From: Lama glama
Taxonomy: Eukaryota
Assembly (NCBI GenBank): GCA_028534125.1
Contig: CM052816.1
Location: 73,720,001 to 73,784,000, forward strand
DNA length: 64,000 nucleotides
Direction of reading: 5' to 3'
How positions within the stretch are numbered: the stretch's first letter is position 1; each line of letters opens with the position of its first letter. This document shows positions 36,490-50,994 of the stretch, one piece after another. The notes below the pieces were generated by a model, which was not told where the DNA came from, did no database searches, and saw only the letters and a program-made list of their open reading frames with translations. Made by a program: the position numbers and the translations under genes.

Positions 36490-36730
36490 AGATAGTAACA
36501 AGTACCTTTTATTGAGGAGTGTGCACTTACTAGGTCCTTTAGGTAGGTTATGCCTAATCCTTGTAACAACTTGTAGAGTTTGCAATTCTTTACTTATATT
36601 TAACTGATGAGGAAACTAAAACTCCAAGTGTTTAAGAGATTTTTCCGAGGCTTTATAGCTAGGGAAACTGGATAAACGGATTCAGGTCAGACTCTCTTGA
36701 CTCTTAAAACCACTTTTTCCACTTTGCCAA
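36490..36730 (-). mobile_element. MIR
   Basis: ctaatccttgtaacaac...ttttaactgatgaggaaactaaaactc. Confidence 0.7.
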
Positions 36731-37789
36731 CAGTTTCTCCAAACTTACACCACATGAGCCTTGACTCCATCAGATACACACACATCTCAAATGCTTCAGA
36801 TGCCACAGTAAGAGATGCAGTGGAGACAACCTTCAGCAAGCATTTTTCAGATTCCTGTTAGAACTAGGCACTGTGCTAGATGCTAGGTGTACAAGAGTGA
36901 AGAGGCAGACACCAACCCTGCCTGTCTCGTGGAGAGTTTTGAATATATGTCAGGAGCAGATGGGAGATAAGAAGAGGGACTCACATCATCTCATACATAA
37001 GAAACCTGCTTTCCTAGATATCAAAAGCAGCACTAGAAGGTTAAGTCATACAAGATAATGTAAGTTCACAAACTATTCCCAAGAAGCAAAAGGTGCTTCA
37101 GAGAAAAATAGCAGAATGTAATAATAACAAGGACAACGATCAAAATTACTGAGTGCCTACTAGGAGCCAGGTACTTCTTTATACATCTACCATATGTTAA
37201 CTAACTTACTATAAAAAAAAAAAAGGTGAGAATCACATAGGCTAAGAACAGGAAGTGGGATGCCATTAAAACTGATTATCTCCTCAAATCTTCATGCCAT
37301 TTTTAAGCTCAGTAAACTGTAAGGTTTGGTCTCAATCAATATCTAATACCATCACTGCCATAAATCATCATTTTGGTAAATAATTTTCAGTACTGAGACA
37401 AATAATAAAAACAAACAAAAACAAACAAAATTCCACTCAATAGCCAAATCATTTGTTATTGTGAGTAAAATTTGCAGCCAACTCATGCTGTCAAGCCCTT
37501 TGAGGAGTTACCTTTTCCAAGCCTCAACCTACTCTTGTTGGGATGAAACTGTCCTTATGAATGGTTATTTTTCCAGTTCAAGTCAATTCCAGGTAACATG
37601 GGACCTCTACTAGATTAGTAACTTATATCAGTCTCTTTAACAGTCAAAATAAAATATTGACTTTTTTGCATTTATGCCTGGTATCTAAACTATATGTCTT
37701 GATTTGCAATCAAAAGTATAGAATTCCTGCACCTCAGAATCTGTCAGTGGCCCTAGATTCAAACTGACTTCTAATAAAGGACCACATCA

Positions 37790-38640
37790 GACAACTCAAT
37801 AAAAAAAAAAAGCACAAGATTTGAACAAAAACGTAACAAAAGATAACATCCAAATGTCTTATAAACATATAAAAAGATATTCAACTTCATCAGTCAGGGA
37901 AATATAAACCAAAACCACCATAAGATAGTACCTCATACCTACCAAAATGGCTAAAGTAAGACTGTCAATATCAAAGGCTAACAAGGATGTGAAGCAAATG
38001 GAACTCTTACATATCACAGGCAGGAGTGGGAACTGAAAAACTCCTTGGCAAAATGTATTAAAACTGAATGTATGATATGTTACAGTGGAAGTGATTCCAG
38101 GCTTGGATATATACCCAACAAAAATGTATACATATATCACAAAAAGATAGCTACAGAAATGTTCATTACAGCACTATTCATAACAGCTAAAAACTGGAAA
38201 CTACCCATATGTCTATTAACAGTAGAATGCACAAAAAAATTTGTTATATTCATATAATGGAATACTACACAGCAATGACAATTAATGATCTACAACTACA
38301 TTCAAAAACATGGGTGAGTCACACAAACATAATACAGAGAGGAAGAAGTCAGACACAGAGGTTACATACTGCCTGATTCCTTTTGTAGAAAGTTCACACA
38401 GGCAAAGCAAATATATACCATTAGAATTCAGAAGAGTGATTATTTTGGGAAGGAGGGCTGTGAGTACAAGGGGGCACAATAGGGACTTTTGGGGGCTACT
38501 GGTTAAAACTCTATATTTTTATTATCCACGGGCTGGTTACATGGATGTGTTTCACTTTGTAATAATTCATTGAGATTTATGCTTATGACTTGTGCATATG
38601 TCATTTTCTATATATAGGTTACATTTCATTAAAATTTCAC
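37790..38640 (+). mobile_element. Old L1 (L1MD/ME-like) 3' fragment
   Basis: ORF 38045-38257 contains MFITALFITAKNWKLPIC (L1 ORF2 C-terminus) followed by a 3' UTR. Confidence 0.85.
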
Positions 38641-39899
38641 CAAATGAGTAGGAGGTGGGGAGAGATATATGAATATGTGGATATTTCTCTGTCTTCAACA
38701 AAATTTCTAATATCAATGCCTCTAAATAATTTCATGTAGTAAATTTCTCTTAGAATATGTCATAAGAAAAATATTTGTCTCTCATGTATACATTTATGCT
38801 TCATTTATTAGGAAGCTGAGAGCTGATTTGAACACCTCAATGCAGCCATTTTTTTTAAGTTTTCCAGCATTTCTAATTCCCAAATTCAATATTTATTTTA
38901 TATTCTTAACCCATTTTTTGAATGACTCCATTATATTCAGGTCTATTCAAGCCACTAAAATCCTCAAAAACTTTCAGAAATTTATAGAGGTATAAAAATG
39001 CATACTTGAGAGTAGTAAGGATAAATTAATGATCAATTATAATCAAAATTTACAGGTAGATCTTTTAACTCTAAGTATACTCTTTATAAGTGTTCCTATA
39101 ATATGATTAGTCACTTTCAAGCAAAAATTTAGTAATCATACAACCAAGAAAACAATTTAAAATTAAATGCAAATATTAAATCCAAGTAGACTATACCAAC
39201 TATCTGGTCATTACACTGGGCTGTCTCAGACTGAGCCTATCTCTTACTTGGTAAAGAAGAGAGGAAAGTGTACACCATCATCATCATGAAAGGTTTATAT
39301 TATAAAACATTATAAAACCCACAAAGACATCCTCCAGACAAGAGTAAATTTACTATAACAAATGTGTAGCCCCAAACTCTTACTATCTGAAAAATAAAAA
39401 CAAATGCATAAAAACAAGTGGTGGCAAACCATTAAAGATGTTATTTGATGAGTTTACTAAAAGCTCCAAATAAAGGAAAATAGGAAAGAACTGATGTGAA
39501 ATAGAGATAAGTATAAACTGCATAGAATTTATTTTTCTATTGTTTGTAAAAAGCAAACAAATGTCAAATGGTGTAACTGTAATGAAAATAAGTGAGCATC
39601 AATTATTTGTAAAGGGAATGTTTCAAAAAGAAAAGTCCAAGTTGACTTTCAACTATTAATAACTTGAATTTCCCAAAGGGATTATTTGTCTTTAGGTGGT
39701 TGTTGTTATTGTTGTTTAAAAAGTAGTGTGACAGACTTTCTCCATTAAGCAAAATAATCTTAGGTTTTTATTTCCAGTTCTTTCTGGTAAATACTGCACA
39801 AATTTCTTTATTGATCCTTTGTATTCCCTTAACTCAGTAGATTAGGCTTTTTTTTTTAATACTTTCTCTTCTCTTGCTCACTAAAATAATTTTAAATAA

Positions 39900-40100
39900 T
39901 AATAGGTGGATAATAGCAATAAACACAAGTGGTTACTGTAGGTCAGGCATTCTTTCAAACACATTACATATAATAACTCATTTAACCCTCAGAACAACCT
40001 GATGGTGTCGGTGCTATTATCACCCACATTGTAGAGATGAAGAAACTAAGGCACAGGGGATTTAATTTATATCCCCAAAATACTCAGCTAATGTGTTAAA
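39900..40100 (-). mobile_element. MIR
   Basis: actcatttaaccctcagaacaacctga...gatgaagaaactaaggcacaggg. Confidence 0.8.
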
Positions 40101-40949
40101 ATTCAAATACAGTAATACAAAAATGCCACGCAACTTAGTTATTCACCATATGATGAAATCAATATGTAAAATACAAAGATGCAAAGGTTATGTCTATAGG
40201 AAAAACAACTTTTCAACAATATTGAATTATTTAATAAGCATTATCTCCTTCCAAATTACACTATTCACATAATAACAAATTACACTAAAGTTAAGATAGA
40301 AAAAGCCCCTAGCTTTGTTGATACCTTGGAAGAGAATGGGGGCATTTTGTTTTGAAGACTACATCAGCTAAGAGATTTTCCTTAAGCAGAAGGGAATATG
40401 ATAAAACTAATATTGTAGAGTGTTATGACCAACTTCAGAAGGGTTTGAGAAACTTCCTCAAGGTTCCTTAGGGATCAACTTCAAAAAAATATCCAATCTG
40501 AAAGTGTCTCCCCATCAATGAAACCAGTAGCAGCTTTGTTGTTAATCAAATGAGTTGACATATAATATACTATAAAAATGGATATAATTATAATAGAAGA
40601 ATTGTCTAAAAAGGAGTAAATACAGGCTGGCTGAAGATTACCCTTAACATACCTCTTCCTCACAGTCTGAGCATATGATCTTTGAAACAAACTTGCTAAA
40701 TAAGATTGTCAAGGTAGCACTGGCAGAAATTTAAGAACAGATTAGATACAGCCTGGTAGGAATGATGGTGACTCATCCTGGAAAATATAGAGACCCACAG
40801 CAAGAGGTGATTCTGTATACAGAATACACACACAAAGACAAACAGTGAAAGAAAAGCACGAGATTGAATGATTCATTTTAATAAGAGAATTAATAGGTTC
40901 TCTTAATTAAAATAATTTTTAAAATCATTAAGTAAAACATAAGGTTAAA

Positions 40950-43230
40950 AGAAATAATTTGTGAAACATATGCCTAAGAAGTAGTACAATATTATTTGGA
41001 AGATAGTGATAATTTAAAGGCATACCATAAACCTTAGAGTAACCACTAAATTTATAGAACAAAGAAGTATAGCTTAATAAGGCAACAAAGGAGATAAAAT
41101 GGGACACTAAAATATACTCAATCTATAAAAAGACAACAAAGAGAGACAAAAGAACAAACATTTAGAACAAAGAAAAAATAAGAAAACAGTATATTTAAAC
41201 CCAACAATATAAAAAATTATATTAAAAGTAAATAGTCTGAATATTTGCATTTAATAGTTAATAATAACTGTCTCTATTCAGAGATATGATGTTCATATAC
41301 ATCAAAAATTATAAAAACTCACAAGAGCTCTTAGTGATAATAAAGTGAAGTTAGCAAGGTGGCAGAATACATGGTCAATCTAGGAAAGTCAATTGTATTT
41401 CCATAGACTAAGAAAGAAAAATGGAGAAATAAAATTTGAAATTTGAAATATGTGTGTGTGTGTATATATATATATATAAAATAGTACCTAAATGCTTGAA
41501 ATATTTAGATATAAATTTAATAAAATACGTGTAAGACTTGCACACTGAAGACTACAAAACATTGCTGAGAGAATTTAAAGAAGACCTAAATAAATGAAGA
41601 GATACACCATGTTCATAAATTTAAGTGCTGAAGATTGTTAAGATGTTAGTTCACAAACTGATCTGTAGATTCAGCACAATCTCATCCAAGATTACAGGAA
41701 AGTTGGGCTTTTTGGGGAGTATAATTTTTTAGTTGGGTTTTTTATAATAATTGAAAGTTGATTCTATAACTTATTTAGAAATGCAATGTACTTAGATTAA
41801 GCAAAGCATTTTTGAAAAAGAAGAAAGTTGATAGTTTACATTACCTGATTTTAAGACTCACTATAAAATAAGTTTATTATATAAAGCTGCAGTAATCAGA
41901 GCAATGTGATATTAGCATAAGGATACACATGTAGATTATTAAATAAAATAAAGAGTTCAGAAATAGACTTCCAGATATGTGAATAATGGATTTTTTTTAA
42001 GATACCAAAATGATTCAATGGGGGGAAGGCTGTCTCTTCAGTAACTGCTAATGCTGATGCTGAAGCAGTTGGATATCTATACAATTAAAAAAAATCTTGA
42101 CTGTAACTTCATACCATACACAAAAATTTGGTTTAAAAATAATGGCTCATAGACCTAAGCATAGAAGTCTAAACATAGTAAGAGTTCTAAAATAATCTAT
42201 AAGAGAGAATATTCTTGAACGTTAGGTTAATCAGATATTTCTTAAAACAAAAAGCTCACACACACACATTATAAACCTAAAGTAAAATGCAATAATCTGG
42301 ACCTTATCAAATAAAAAACTAGTACTCTTTAAAATATGCCATTAAAAAATGAAAAGGCAGGCCACAGACTGGGAAAAAATATCTCCAGTATTTCTGACAA
42401 AGAATATGTATCCAGAAAACAAAAAGAACCCTTAAAACTCAATGATAAAAAGGCAGCTTAACTTATTTTAATTCAGCAAAAGGTTTGAACAAACTCTTCA
42501 TCAGAGAAGACATATAAATGGCCAAAACCATAGGAAAAGATGCCTCATCATCAATGGTCATCAGAAAAATGCACATTACAATTAACAATGAGCTAACATT
42601 ACACACTTATTAGAAGCTTAAATTTAAAAAGCGATAACAAATGTTGGCAAGGAAGAAGAGTACTAGAACCCTCATACACTGATGATGAAATGTAGAATGG
42701 CACACTCACTTTGGAGAACATTTTGGCAGTTTCTCAGAGTTAAGAATTTACTGTATGAAACATTCTACTCCAGACATTTAGCAAGAGAAATCAAAGCATT
42801 GTCTACCAAGAAACTTGAACACAAATACTCGTAGCCCCAAACTGGAAACAATCCAAATGTCCAACAACATATGAATGGATAGATAAAAGGTGATCTATTC
42901 AAGTAGTGGAATATTATTCATGTATAAAGGAAACAAACTATGAATACATATAGCATGGATGTAACTCCAAACAAAACACTTAGCAAAAGATGAAAGAAAC
43001 AAGTGTGTATATTCTATGATTCTATTTTAATAAAATTGTAAAAGAAACAAATCTAATCTATAAAGTATATCAGTAGTTGTCTAGAGCTAGTGGAATAGTG
43101 ATTGACTACAAAGGGAATGGTAAAAATTTTTGGAATAATGGAAACATAAATTTTGAGCAGATCATATAAATGTATGTGTAAAATTAGCTCATTTATTCTA
43201 TATATCTCAATAAAGTTGATTTAAAAGGAA
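40950..43230 (+). mobile_element. Old L1 (L1ME-like), internally deleted, ORF2 second half and 3' UTR
   Basis: actacaaaacattgctgagagaatttaaagaagacctaaataaatg, gaaaaggcaggccacagactgggaaaaaata, and terminal tatatctcaataaagttgatttaaaa. Confidence 0.85.
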
Positions 43231-43862
43231 AATATTTTTATTCAATACATAAATAATAAAATTAAAAGGGCTGAATGATAAAGAGATCTGGATATTAACT
43301 CAAATAGCACAAATAATCTAACTGAAAACTGAGGTCATTCTCCATCTCTTTATTCATTCAACATTATGGTTTATGTATGTCAATTTGATTAAGCTGGAAT
43401 TTTTTTCCCAGAATCCTTTTGATACATGGTCCTGAATTAGAATTGGCTAAAAAAGGAATTTGCATGAGACTAGGAGGGCAGAATTAGGGCAGCAGCCTTA
43501 CTTTCCGAAAGTCATTGTAGTTACATGTAGTGATGGATACAGAGGTGCCCTTGGCTTCTAAATTGTCTTTACTGTCTTCCATCACATATTCAGCTCCCCT
43601 TCCCAACTACTGACACTGGCTTAGATACACTAACAGATACCTGGTGTAGGATCACAGAGGTGGAATCTACATAGAAGCACAATTCCCTCCTCCCCACATA
43701 TTTTTGACTTCCCTTGCAATAAGATTTCAGCATCTGAGTATATTTGATTTCTCAGATTAACTGATGAGTTCTTGTATTATCCAGCTTATCTCATGAAACT
43801 TAACTTTCCCAGTTCTTCCAACAATCACATAAGTCCTAATTTCTATAATAAATCTATTATGA

Positions 43863-46800
43863 CAGGGGTTAGCAAATTTTTTCTGTAAACGATCATAGAG
43901 CAAATATCTAGGCTATGCAAGACAAAAGACAAAATCAAGGTCATTATGCAGTACTCATATTCGAGGGAGAAATAAATTTCCACAATTTTTATTGGGAATA
44001 AAGTAAAATATTCATAATAGAGTACATTTTTATAATACCTATCTACTAATTAGAAGAATGAATTTTTTGGTGGGGGATAATATTGTTTTTAATTGGAATT
44101 CAAAGTTACTGTTCCCTACCTTATGAGCACACAATATTACTTGAGCATATTCAATAGATAACACTTATAAGGCATTCATAGAGGTCTATTAGAAGTCTAT
44201 TCTTGTCCTGATATTAGCTCTTTAGCACATCATTAAATTGCAGATTAATTACTTCCATTTGAAGAACAGGTGAAAGCCCCTGGTTTGGCTGGATTAAACG
44301 GATTTTGAAATATGGAAATACCCTTTGCATTTGCATCAAGGTCTAAAAAGTGGTTGCTGGGGATGGGAGAAAATATTTGGCATACATACATTTATATATT
44401 TAAAATATATAAAGAACTCCTACAATTCAACAATAGAAAATCATAATCCCAATTCAAAAATGACCTAAAGACTTGATATTTCTCTCAAGAAGATAAGCAA
44501 ATGGCTAATATGTATATGAAAAGATGTTTAACATCACTAAACATTAGGTAAATTCAAAGTGAAACCACAATCAGATACCATTTTACATCCACATACACAA
44601 ACACACACACACACACACATACGCAAAGTACTGGCAAGGATATGGACAAATCAGATCCCTTGTGTATTACTGCTGGTTGGAAAATAAAATGATGCAGCCA
44701 CTGTGAAAAACAGTTTAGCAAGTCCTGAAAAAGTCAAACATAGAATTACCATATGATCCAGCAATGTCTCTTCTAGGTATACACCCAAAAGAAGTGAAAA
44801 TAGGGAATCAAATAGATACTTGTACACCAACGTTCGTAACGTTGGCATTATTCACAATGGCCAAAAGGTGGAAACAACCCAAATGTCTGTAGACAGATGA
44901 TGAAGAAACAAAATGTGGTGTATTTGTATATACAATGAGATATTATTTACCTTTTAAAAGGAATAAAATGTTCATATGTGTTACAACATGGATGAACCTT
45001 GACAATATAATACTAAGTAAAAGAAACCAGATTTTTATAAAAGGACAAATATTATATGATTCTACATATATGAGATACCTAGAATAGGCAAATTCTTAGA
45101 GACAGAAAGTAGAATAGAGGTTGTCAGGGACTGGAAGGAGAAGTAAATAGGGAGCTATTATTTAATAGTTGGTTTGGGATGATAAAAAAATGTCCTGGAA
45201 ATAGATAATGATGACAGTTGCATAACACTGTGAATGTACTTAATGCCACTGAACTGGACACTTAAAATGGTTAAAATGATCAACTTTGTTATATATAGTT
45301 TACCACCAGAAAAAAATTTACCCCAGGAAATTCTGTTATAAATGTACATATTTATATGTATATATTTACCACAGGAAAATAAAAGAGCTGCTAGGACTAT
45401 AGTTTGAGCTTAGAAAATACATCTGCTAAAAATTTGAGTTGAGAATCTTAATTCTTATCTTAACTTTTGACAGCACCTATGTGTATAAAGCAGTTTAACA
45501 TTACTCATGACTGAAAGAATATTAGTTGATACTCAAATGTCTTACCCTTTGCATAAGTTTATCATATAAGGACGGTTTTGCCTTTGTAATTTTAGGTTGA
45601 ATTCATTAAGAAACACTGTCAAGTCTACAGCAAAAGCTAATTTTGAAAGCCATGCAGTGTGCAAAAAATACTGAATGAGGGCAGTTCTTCAGAAAAATTT
45701 CACTCTCTTCATGAGCTCAAAAAAATCACAGTAAAACTTTACCACTGCTAAGCCATTATATTGCTATATGGTAGGGGAAGTTCAACTATTCAGCTTCTAC
45801 TTCTGGTAAAAATTCTGGGAACTGATAATGGTTAAATCTATAAAAGCTAATGAAGTTTACCATTGATGACACTGGTTCAAAAACACAAGATAAATTCAAA
45901 TATTTTCCAAAAATGTCTCTGGTCAATAATAGAATGAATAACCACAGATGTTAAACAACTTCCATTTTCGTAAGTTTTGTCCACTAGCTCAACTAATTCT
46001 TTTTCTGCTCCACACATATTTTACCACCATCAGTAGTAATATGTCTTAGCAAATTCCACTTCAGATTGTACTAAGTTCATTTTTTCTCAACTAATTTGAA
46101 AATATTCTCATTTGTATTTGTTCCACATAGACTACACATGGGGCTAATTCTTCAATCAATTCAAACTTAGGATTGCCTACAAATAAACAACCACTGAGTA
46201 GTAACAGTAACATCTATTGATTCATCAAGAACCAAGGAAAATGATTCAAAATCATTTGCCTTGTTTTTAATTGGCTATTGATATTATTTCCAATGTCTTC
46301 AACTCTTCAAGCAACTGTTGTCACCAAAAGATTTATAGTCCTAGACAAGTTTATTTTCTCTTAATGCAATTCATTGGTTTCTGCAGTGAAGCACAATTTA
46401 ATTAACTCTATTGTTAAACAGCTTGTCTTGCTTTGCTAACAAATGAGAAACCCAGAAACTTAGTTTGGTTCTAGTCTCATTTCCATTCTTTATTTTTGTG
46501 AACAAATTCTTCTGTGATGAGATATTTCATTTTAAATTATCTAATTTTTCCTTCCTTTGATTCCTATGAGTTTTATATTGAGTAAGTACTTAGTCCATTA
46601 ATACTGACATATACTGTGTTTCTTTAGCACAGCTACAGTGTTATTGCACAAAAACATAACGCTTTGCCATCTACTTTAATAACAAAATAATTCACACTCC
46701 ACTGTGCCTTGAAAGAGCAACACTCAAAGTCTACCTTTCTTGTTTTGACACAATAGATATTCACTGGTAATAAAAAGTAAGTAAAATGTCAGTCTCGCAA

Positions 46801-47153
46801 TACGCATGGCACTTGAAACACTGTTGAGTTATAACTGCATCACTGCCATTTGCAGTGTACTAAGTAACAGGGCAAGTGGTAAGAGCACTACAGTGGGTCT
46901 CTCTTGCACCTAAAACTGTGCTTTTTTAGCATGAACACACACATGGACATCACATCCATGAAGAGTATGGCTGTGTTCCAGTAAGACTTTATTCATGGAC
47001 AATGAAATTTGAATTTCACATAATTTCCATAACATAGAATATGATTCTTCTGATTTTTTTTTCATTTAAACACAAAAAGTACTCAGCTCAAAATCTGTCC
47101 AAAAATAGATAATGGGTCAGATTCAACCAGTGGGCCATCATTTGTTGACTTAT
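43863..47153 (-). mobile_element. Near-full-length Cheshire/MER58-family hAT transposon with decayed transposase, interrupted by L1
   Basis: Left end caggggttagcaaattttttctgtaaa; right end MER58B-like (ggctgtgttccagtaagactttatt...tgggccatcatttgttgac). The - strand near 45700-45815 translates EFLPEVEAE*LNFPYHIAI*WLSSGKVLL*FFEL, the hAT RWLS region. Confidence 0.82.
44361..45380 (+). mobile_element. L1MB-like 3' fragment nested in the hAT transposon
   Basis: atgggagaaaatatttg...catagaattaccatatgatccagcaat...cacttaaaatggttaaaatg; degenerate flanks aaaaagtggttgctgg / aaaagagctgctagg. Confidence 0.88.
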
Positions 47154-47449
47154 TTATTCCATAACTCATAGTAGTTACGTCTCATTGACTGAACTTTGAT
47201 CGACACAGTGTATATTCAATGCTAATGTATAGTCAATGTCAGATCTCTGCCTGGCAAATAATATGCAAATATAAACATGCCAGGGTCTCTGTCCTCGAAA
47301 GGTCTACATACATTCAACAGTTTCTGTAATAAAAATTCAACAAGTATTTGCCTGTCATCTACTGTACACTTCGTGTGATATTGCCTGAGATATCAACAGC
47401 TTTACACTTTAAAACCTTTCCAAGCTTGTTTGGGAGATAAGACATGCCT

Positions 47450-48030
47450 ACATTAGCTATCTATTGCTGTGTAACAAATTACCACAAACTAGGCAACTTA
47501 GACCAACACACATTTATTATCTCATAGTTTCTGTGGGTCAGGCTTTCATTTATGGTTTAACGGAGTACTCTGCCTAGGGTCACACAATCATAATCAAGGT
47601 ATTAGTTAAGTGGCCTTCTCATCTCAGAACTCAGCTGGGAAAGAATCTATTCCCAGACTCACTCAGGCTGTTGGCAGAACTTATTTATATTTTTGTGGTT
47701 CTAGGAGTAAGGGTACTAGCTTCTTGCCTATCATCTGGAGGCCTCTGTCAGCTCTTAAAGGCTACTCTCAGCTCTGTGCCTCCCAACATGACCACTTACT
47801 TCCTCAATGCCAGCTAAAGAGAGGCAGTCCCTAAAGTGAGTCTGCAAGCCAGATGGAGCTAGATACAGCATAACATAATCAAGGGAGCAACATTCCATCA
47901 TCTTTGTCATATTCTATCGGTTAGTAGCAAGGCACAGTTTCCACTCACCCTCAAGAGAGGCAATTATACAAGGGAATGAACATCAGGAGGCAGATGTCAT
48001 GGGAGGCTGCTCTAGAGACAATCTGCCGTG
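47450..48030 (-). mobile_element. MLT1E/F-like MaLR LTR
   Basis: attagctatctattgctgtgtaacaaattaccacaaact...catttattatctcatagtttctgtgggtcagg. Confidence 0.8.
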
Positions 48031-49479
48031 GGCTCGAAGAGGAATACAATAGAATATACGATCAAAAGGGAAGTGGTGTGATATAGACCACTGGTTTTCA
48101 AATCACCTAAAGAACAGAGAATACAGTAAGGCCTCATGGAGAAAGGTCTCAGCTCGTCTTTGAAGAGTATACAGGCTAAAGCATTCAAAAAACTCCTTGG
48201 GAAACGACACCGTTCGTTACAATGCAACGACAGCAACATAATCAGAGATAGGCAGTGAAACACTGTGACGCCCTAGACATGTTTAACCCTCTTCAAGACA
48301 ATTTTACGTCATTACCAGCTTTTTCAAATGTTAAAATATGATTTAGTACCAATATTTAAATCAACAATAAACCCTACTTTCTTAAATAAAAGCCCTATAC
48401 AAAACTCATTACTAATCAAAAGAAAATAATAATTGTATTCATTCCAGTTCTGTTTTATTTGATTTAAATAATTCAATAAGTTATGTTAATAGTATTCACT
48501 ATCTATTTAATGGATACAGGAGGAAGGAAGGAAAGGAATGGGAGGAGAGAGATGACTTCTATTTCTCCAGCATTTACAAAACACTTACACTGCTGCAGAA
48601 AGTGGGTCCAAATAAGGAGACTCTGATAAACCATTAGCACAGACTACACAATACAATTGATGATGATAATTCATGTTTATAATTCTTTATAGTCAAAAGG
48701 AGTAGTTTCATAACTGAATGAAGTGGGCAATTCTGGCTTTTCATATTCAGATGTTATTTTTGATTCATTTCTAACTTCCTTATTTAAACAGTCTTTTCTC
48801 CCAAATTAGCCAAGAGATTCTTTCTCAGTGAGCACAAACCACATGGAAAGTTACAGTTTTTAAGTCGCTCTTATTTCTTAGTCCTCAATGAGCCAAATGG
48901 ATTACATTGCTTCAGATCCAGAAATCTAACTCTAAAAACTCATATTTGAGTTAAGAAAAAGCATGGAAATTTCCTTCCCTAAAAAGCATTTCTAGGAGAT
49001 CCATGTGAATTTGTAAATGCCAACTCTATGTTCACAAACACTGATCAAATGACCCAAAATGCTAGATACATCCATGCATAGACTTTATGTCACTAATAAT
49101 TATACTAAGTGAAAGACGATCATATTAATAAAATAAATATATGAGATATATACAGAGATAGAGACAAAATTCGGTCTATAAAAAACAAGAATTTTATGTA
49201 ACAACAGACTAATCAATACCATTTAATCTCCCAAATGTGGGTGTGTAAGAAAAGATGCTACTCTCAGTCTACTAAGGAAAAAGTTCTAAGGCAAAAAGTG
49301 GCTTATTCTAAGTCAATGTTTCAGACCAGTTGGGTCTAGATACTAAGGCCTTTATTTTTATACACTTCAGATTTGTCTAACACCTTGGTTCATCTTACCA
49401 TATATACACTCTCAGTCCAAAGTCATGTCTTGATTTCCTTATTACTGGTAATTGTAGAAAATTTTCCTTGTTGTAGAAG

Positions 49480-50175
49480 CTTAATTTCTCAGGCTCTTCT
49501 TGAACCCTGTCATTTCTTCATCTATCTACTCAATCCGAACCAAATCCCTGATTATTTCACTTCTTTTCCAAGTCTGCTGCCTCCACACTTGGTTTAGGGC
49601 CTTGCTACCTCATGCCTGGGCTACTAAAATTATCTCTTCACAGCTCACACTGCCTGAATTTCCCCCATCATGTTCTATCTTTCATATTGCTACTGGGATT
49701 CAACACTCCTGACTGAGGATAGGCAGTAAGAGCTCCCTTTGGCTAGTAAAGAGTACAGGTTTCTTTTCTTTACTTCAGTGGCCTCTAAGTTAGCCCTCAG
49801 GATTCCCTTAAGCCTACCCAAAATTGGGACTATGTCTCACCATCTCAAACAGCAAGCTGAGGTTTCTCTTTATCTCTACTCCATTATTTATTTTTGTTGT
49901 TCTTTTCTCCTTAGGGTGCTACTCTACTTCCCTCAGCTTGACAGCATGTCTTCCATTAAAATTTCAGTAGATCTGTCATCCTTATCTTTCTAAATGCAAG
50001 TCGCATTCTTCACCAATCTTAGTTTTCTATCAATGACTGTATCTTACTCTTGAACATAGATACTCTTGAATAAGTCATCTCTCTTACTGTCAGTGAGCAT
50101 AGGTGGTTTGTTTATGCTTTACTCAAATACATTTTGAACAAAAAGAAAGTTAAAATTTACTTGTTGAATGAATGC
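49480..50175 (+). mobile_element. L2 fragment
   Basis: Pyrimidine-rich L2 body ending ttgttgaatgaatg. Confidence 0.55.
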
Positions 50176-50994
50176 AATAGAGGAATATTTAAAAACCAAA
50201 TACTATATATTGATTGCTATATGACTCTATAAAAAGAAATTCTTTAACTGCTAAGTTTAACTAACAGACTCATAGATTCCAGATGGAAAATTATTTCCTA
50301 TTTCAATTCTGAAAGTTTATACAGAACTAGCATAAATGATTTACTATGAATTTAATAAACTTGAAGCTACATTAACAACAACAAAAACAAGCCACTGCAT
50401 TAACAAAACAAATCTGAAACAGATAAAGACAAATCCTAGAGGGACTCCATTTGAGCTGTTATATAAAACACATAGAGATGGCAAACTTCAGTCAATCTAA
50501 GCTTCACATGTCATAAGAGAGTGATCATTTAAAATATGATTTCTGAAGTTTTCAACCCAATAATAACCATAGCTTCCAGATTCACCGAAAATAAAAAAAA
50601 TAAAAAATTATGTAAGGAATATTTCACAAGTACTGCCATTTATGTCAACTTAAAAAGATAATATATTTTGGGAAAATGCTAATCTAATTTCAGAAATTAA
50701 CCACTTAATAATGGTACTAAAACATATTTAGAAATTTTTTTTCTGTTTTAATGTAATGAACTCCATTTATATACCTAAGGACTTAGAACTATGGTTAAAA
50801 TAAAGTTATCCTGTAAAAAACTGAAAGAATATTTTTTTAAATTACAGTAACCTACAAATTTAAAATATAACCCAACTTATTAAATGCTGTTTCTTTGTGT
50901 ACACTGGTTAGGGACTATGGAATTGTGATCATCATTTTTGGTTGTCAGTAGAGAAAATAATATTTTTACATGCTTGCTAAATTGCTGGCATATA

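Larger units (their letters stand above)
43362..47207 (+). mobile_element. ERVL-class solo LTR (MLT2/LTR52-like) split by a DNA transposon: left part 43362-43862, right part ~47154-47207
   Basis: Left part starts tatggtttatgtatgtcaatttgattaagctgg and ends at aataaatc; right part ttattccataactcatagtag...ctgaactttgatcgacaca is a typical ERVL LTR terminus. Confidence 0.65.

Noticed and set aside
40653..40679. 27-nt minus-strand microexon candidate (IICSDCEEE, GAG|gtatgt)
   Set aside because: The acceptor is AAG with a short pyrimidine tract; no supporting evidence.
40875..40913. AT-rich hairpin ttttaataagagaa...ttctcttaattaaaa
   Set aside because: Low complexity and imperfect; expected by chance at this AT content.
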